Positions 15,469 to 18,037 of a stretch of 18,037 nt of DNA are shown here, piece after piece. This DNA comes from Pseudobacteriovorax sp. (GTDB taxonomy: Bacteria; Bdellovibrionota_B; Oligoflexia; Oligoflexales; Oligoflexaceae): positions 1 to 18,037 of the forward strand of contig JBNKNM010000025.1 in the NCBI GenBank assembly GCA_050293845.1. The letters run 5' to 3'. The stretch's first letter is position 1; every line of letters starts with the position of its first letter. Under the pieces are notes generated by a model, which was not told where the DNA came from, ran no database searches, and saw only the letters and a program-made list of their open reading frames with translations. The translations under genes and the position numbers were made by a program.

Positions 15469-15837
15469 ATGTCAAAATGGAATGAATATGAAAACATTAA
15501 GCTCCCAAAAATTGTGAATCTCAAAATCAATACAGAAGACTTGGACGAAGATACTCTTAACGCGCTAAAATGCTTATATACTAGAGAACGAGCTGCACTA
15601 CCTTTTGAACTACCAAGAATTATGACTTGGCCAGCAAAAGAAAGAGCTAATGGCGAGCGGGCTGCAATTGTACTTAAAAGCGGTTTCCTAAATTTAATGG
15701 GAAATTCAATCTCAAAGGAACCTAGAAGAGCTGGTGCAACTAAGAAAAAATCGTCTACTCGTAAGCAGAGAAAACTACAGGAGAGTGACGGATTTCCGAG
15801 CAGTGGAGAGGATTCCAAACCACGCTTTAGCTTATGA
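15469..15837 (+). CDS. ParR-like centromere-binding adaptor (putative)
   Basis: Starts 2 nt after the ATPase stop; strand-helix-helix-like N-terminus IVNLKINTEDLDEDTLNAL and disordered basic tail. Confidence 0.6.
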   Translation: MSKWNEYENIKLPKIVNLKINTEDLDEDTLNALKCLYTRERAALPFELPRIMTWPAKERANGERAAIVLKSGFLNLMGNSISKEPRRAGATKKKSSTRKQRKLQESDGFPSSGEDSKPRFSL

Positions 15838-16087
15838 GAGTATAGGATGCTGCCTTGATATACAAGGCAGCATCAACCATAGGGCCGTTGATTAGCGAAG
15901 TTAAACTAGTATCATGAATTTGAGACAAAAGAGGCATTGCGTAAGTTGTTCGTCTGTTGTTTTCTGTCAGAATACCTACCAAAGACACTTCTGACAAACG
16001 TTCGTACACACCTGCATTCCAACAACAACAATATCCTTTTTCAAAATGAATCCGGTACCACCCATTTAACCATGATTCATTAGTCAC
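15827..16087 (-). CDS. Hypothetical protein
   Basis: 86-aa ORF converging on the ParR-like gene; weak start signals. Confidence 0.35.
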   Translation of the reverse strand: MTNESWLNGWYRIHFEKGYCCCWNAGVYERLSEVSLVGILTENNRRTTYAMPLLSQIHDTSLTSLINGPMVDAALYIKAASYTLIS

Positions 16088-16167
16088 TTACTATCAGATA
16101 CACACTTCACCATCAAAGCAGCCATTTTTATCAGTTGTATTGCTAGGTTACAACCGAATGACAAAAA

Positions 16168-16446
16168 CTAGTCCACTTCTGCCACCCAGAATCCAAACTG
16201 AAACTCATCAGTACATTGGTTCTTTGATTCCTGTTGGCAAATATTGCAGGAAACCTGGCTTGCAGGATCGATCTTGTAACAGAGTTTTTCTGGTACAAAA
16301 TCCTTCAGAAGCACAAATTCATGGGGATAATGATTTGGGATAGGAAATCTAGATGCAGGAGTGTTGAGACAAGTCGAGCCACAAAATTCTCCAGCATGAG
16401 CACATGGTAAAATGGATAAAAGGCATAAAACTATAGCTATTTTCAT
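16168..16446 (-). CDS. Small secreted cysteine-rich protein
   Basis: Signal peptide MKIAIVLCLLSILPCAHA, six Cys in the mature part, AAGGT RBS. Confidence 0.7.
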   Translation of the reverse strand: MKIAIVLCLLSILPCAHAGEFCGSTCLNTPASRFPIPNHYPHEFVLLKDFVPEKLCYKIDPASQVSCNICQQESKNQCTDEFQFGFWVAEVD

Positions 16447-16509
16447 ATTTAATACTACCTTTCCAATGTGACAATTTGTTTATCAACTAAAGTTGATCCT
16501 GCAAGCTAC

Positions 16510-16605
16510 TTAAGTCCATAAATACTGTAGCAGTAATACGAACACTAAAGTTACAAACCAAAAAAAGCATAGAACCACCGCAAAAGTGGATATAAAAAAC
16601 CTCAT
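16510..16605 (-). CDS. 31-aa single-TM hydrophobic peptide (not in ORF track)
   Basis: MRFFISTFAVVLCFFWFVTLVFVLLLQYLWT; AAGGGA RBS. Confidence 0.5.
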   Translation of the reverse strand: MRFFISTFAVVLCFFWFVTLVFVLLLQYLWT

Positions 16606-16951
16606 CTCGTTAGTTCCCTTTTTGAAATTTGACGCAAAGCTTCATCAATCGTGAGACATATTTTAATCACGGTGAAGATGTAATTACGTCTTAGGGTATT
16701 GAACTTAGAAATATGCAGTGGTAGGTTAATCATGCTACTGAAGTGAGCTACCACAAGTTCATTTCTAAGGGGTGTCAAAGTTTACATTTGATGCTCCTAT
16801 AAAATTCACGAATAAGCCGATGATACCTGAGAACGGTATATAATCATTTGGCTAGTTAGTTAATGCATTTAAAATAGTTTTCGAAAGCTTTAATGTCAAT
16901 CCCTACAAGGGATTTACCTGTCCGGCCTGGAACAAGGACAAAGCTGATTTG

Positions 16952-17001
16952 TGTCCGCCGCGGACAATTTTCTTGCCAAGTTTCATTCTATCTTCTACAT
17001 T
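16952..17001 (+). promoter_or_regulatory. Promoter and palindromic operator for second HTH-DUF4423-like gene
   Basis: TGTCCG-CCG-CGGACA (16952-16966) next to TTGCCA(16973)-17-TACATT(16996). Confidence 0.55.
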
Positions 17002-17032
17002 CTGGCTTATAAATGAGTCCCTACTATGAGAT

Positions 17033-17854
17033 ATGATGGGAGAAGTTTTTGCTATGGACTTTTTAAAAAACTTAGAAGGCAAGAGCTTAGCAGAAGCTAC
17101 TGCCTACCTTATTACTAGGTTTCTCGATGAAAATGATAAAAGAAATGTAAACTGGCTAGCTAAAAAAGCTCGTGTTTCAAGGTCTACTGTTAGAAGATTC
17201 GCTCAAAAAGAGGGAGAGTACATTAATAATTTTGAGGGCCTTATTGCCACTCTGGCTGTATTCACCAGCAAAAATGACCTCACTTTGTTTATCCAAAAGT
17301 ACTTCCCCGAAATGAATTGCATACTTATGGACCTATACTCGGCTCCTCGCTCAAAGTTTGTTGAGAGGGATAGCCACTTAAGTGATATACTGATGTCGGA
17401 AAAAGGAGGCTTAATTTACCGACTCTGCTCCACAAATGCAGGTTCTACGCGTGAACATATTGAGCGCTTAGAGGGTGAAAATGCAATAATGGTTCTTGAT
17501 GAATTAATTGAGGATAATTATTTAATTGAAGATACCAATGGCGTGATCAAATCCACTGAAAAGGAATTCTCTTTGTGGGATTCACGTGCTCTTTTGACAT
17601 ATCAAATACATAGCGCAAAACGCTTCGACAAAGATCTTATTGGTACAATAGCCTCAACAATAGGGTGCTTGAGTGAATCCGTGAATATGGATGGGTTGGC
17701 AGCAATTAAAGCTGAAACGATTAGTTACTTAAAAAAAATAGGTGAGATCAAGCAAGATCCTAAGTACGATGGCAGCATACCTTTTTTCGTCAACGTCCTT
17801 TACGGCTTACTTGATAAGTATAACTTCATACTACCCGATGAAGGAGGGAAATAA
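17033..17854 (+). CDS. HTH regulator with DUF4423/TIGR02147-like C-terminus
   Basis: NVNWLAKKARVSRSTVRRF HTH; VLDELIEDNYLIE winged helix; CLSESVNMDGLAAIKAE...FFVNV; same architecture as 10842-11609. Confidence 0.75.
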   Translation: MMGEVFAMDFLKNLEGKSLAEATAYLITRFLDENDKRNVNWLAKKARVSRSTVRRFAQKEGEYINNFEGLIATLAVFTSKNDLTLFIQKYFPEMNCILMDLYSAPRSKFVERDSHLSDILMSEKGGLIYRLCSTNAGSTREHIERLEGENAIMVLDELIEDNYLIEDTNGVIKSTEKEFSLWDSRALLTYQIHSAKRFDKDLIGTIASTIGCLSESVNMDGLAAIKAETISYLKKIGEIKQDPKYDGSIPFFVNVLYGLLDKYNFILPDEGGK

Positions 17855-17857
17855 AAG

Positions 17858-18037
17858 ATGTTTAAAAAGTTACTTGCTGTCACAACTATGCTCACGTCTT
17901 TAGCTGGGATAGCTGGTGAATCTTCTGTTATGTCACCAAAAAATATTACTGTTTTGAGAATGGATCAATCTTCGGTACTTTTGGATCAATCTTCGGTACT
18001 TTTGGATCAATCTTCGGTACTTTTGGATCAATCTTCG
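17858..18037 (+). CDS. Secreted protein with DQSSVLL heptad repeats (3' truncated)
   Basis: MFKKLLAVTTMLTSLAGIAG signal peptide, AGGAGGG RBS, frame open to window end. Confidence 0.7.
   Translation, partial: MFKKLLAVTTMLTSLAGIAGESSVMSPKNITVLRMDQSSVLLDQSSVLLDQSSVLLDQSS
17961..18037 (+). repeat. 21-bp perfect tandem repeat
   Basis: TGGATCAATCTTCGGTACTTT x3 plus a 14-nt partial copy at the window end. Confidence 0.97.

Noticed and set aside
14410..15818. Minus-strand ORFs 14410-14649, 14656-14874, 15378-15818
   Set aside because: Antisense to the partition genes, with no independent evidence.
17961..18037. CRISPR array
   Set aside because: Units are contiguous 21-mers with no spacers, in frame within an ORF, and no cas genes are visible.

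Overview
This looks like a fragment of a temperate phage-plasmid. The host is possibly Bdellovibrionota/Oligoflexia, inferred only from two HTH + DUF4423/TIGR02147-like regulators. Left (1-3945): a cassette of small genes (minimal ATP-dependent DNA ligase, DUF3560-like, DUF6908-like, hypotheticals) organised by three copies of a ~150-bp GC-rich repeat, paired 7-3-7 operators, sigma70 promoters and a recurrent TCCCACAGGGGAA leader. It ends in a KorC-like HTH gene that carries its own copy of the repeat. Middle (3942-8776, minus): lambda-type terminase large and small subunits, a candidate cos site, a C5 DNA methyltransferase whose motif IX lies in an overprinted alternative frame (M.EcoHK31I-like) and a gpZ-like gene. 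No portal gene follows terL. Then come HTH regulators (Cro-like/cI-like pair), a probable replicase/PriCT-type Rep with long hairpins upstream, and a type II partition-like pair whose actin-like ATPase appears circularly permuted (phosphate-1 motif at the C-terminus). Right end: small membrane/secreted genes, a second HTH-DUF4423-like gene and a secreted protein running into a 21-bp tandem repeat. All family calls come from motif recognition by eye; no searches were run.
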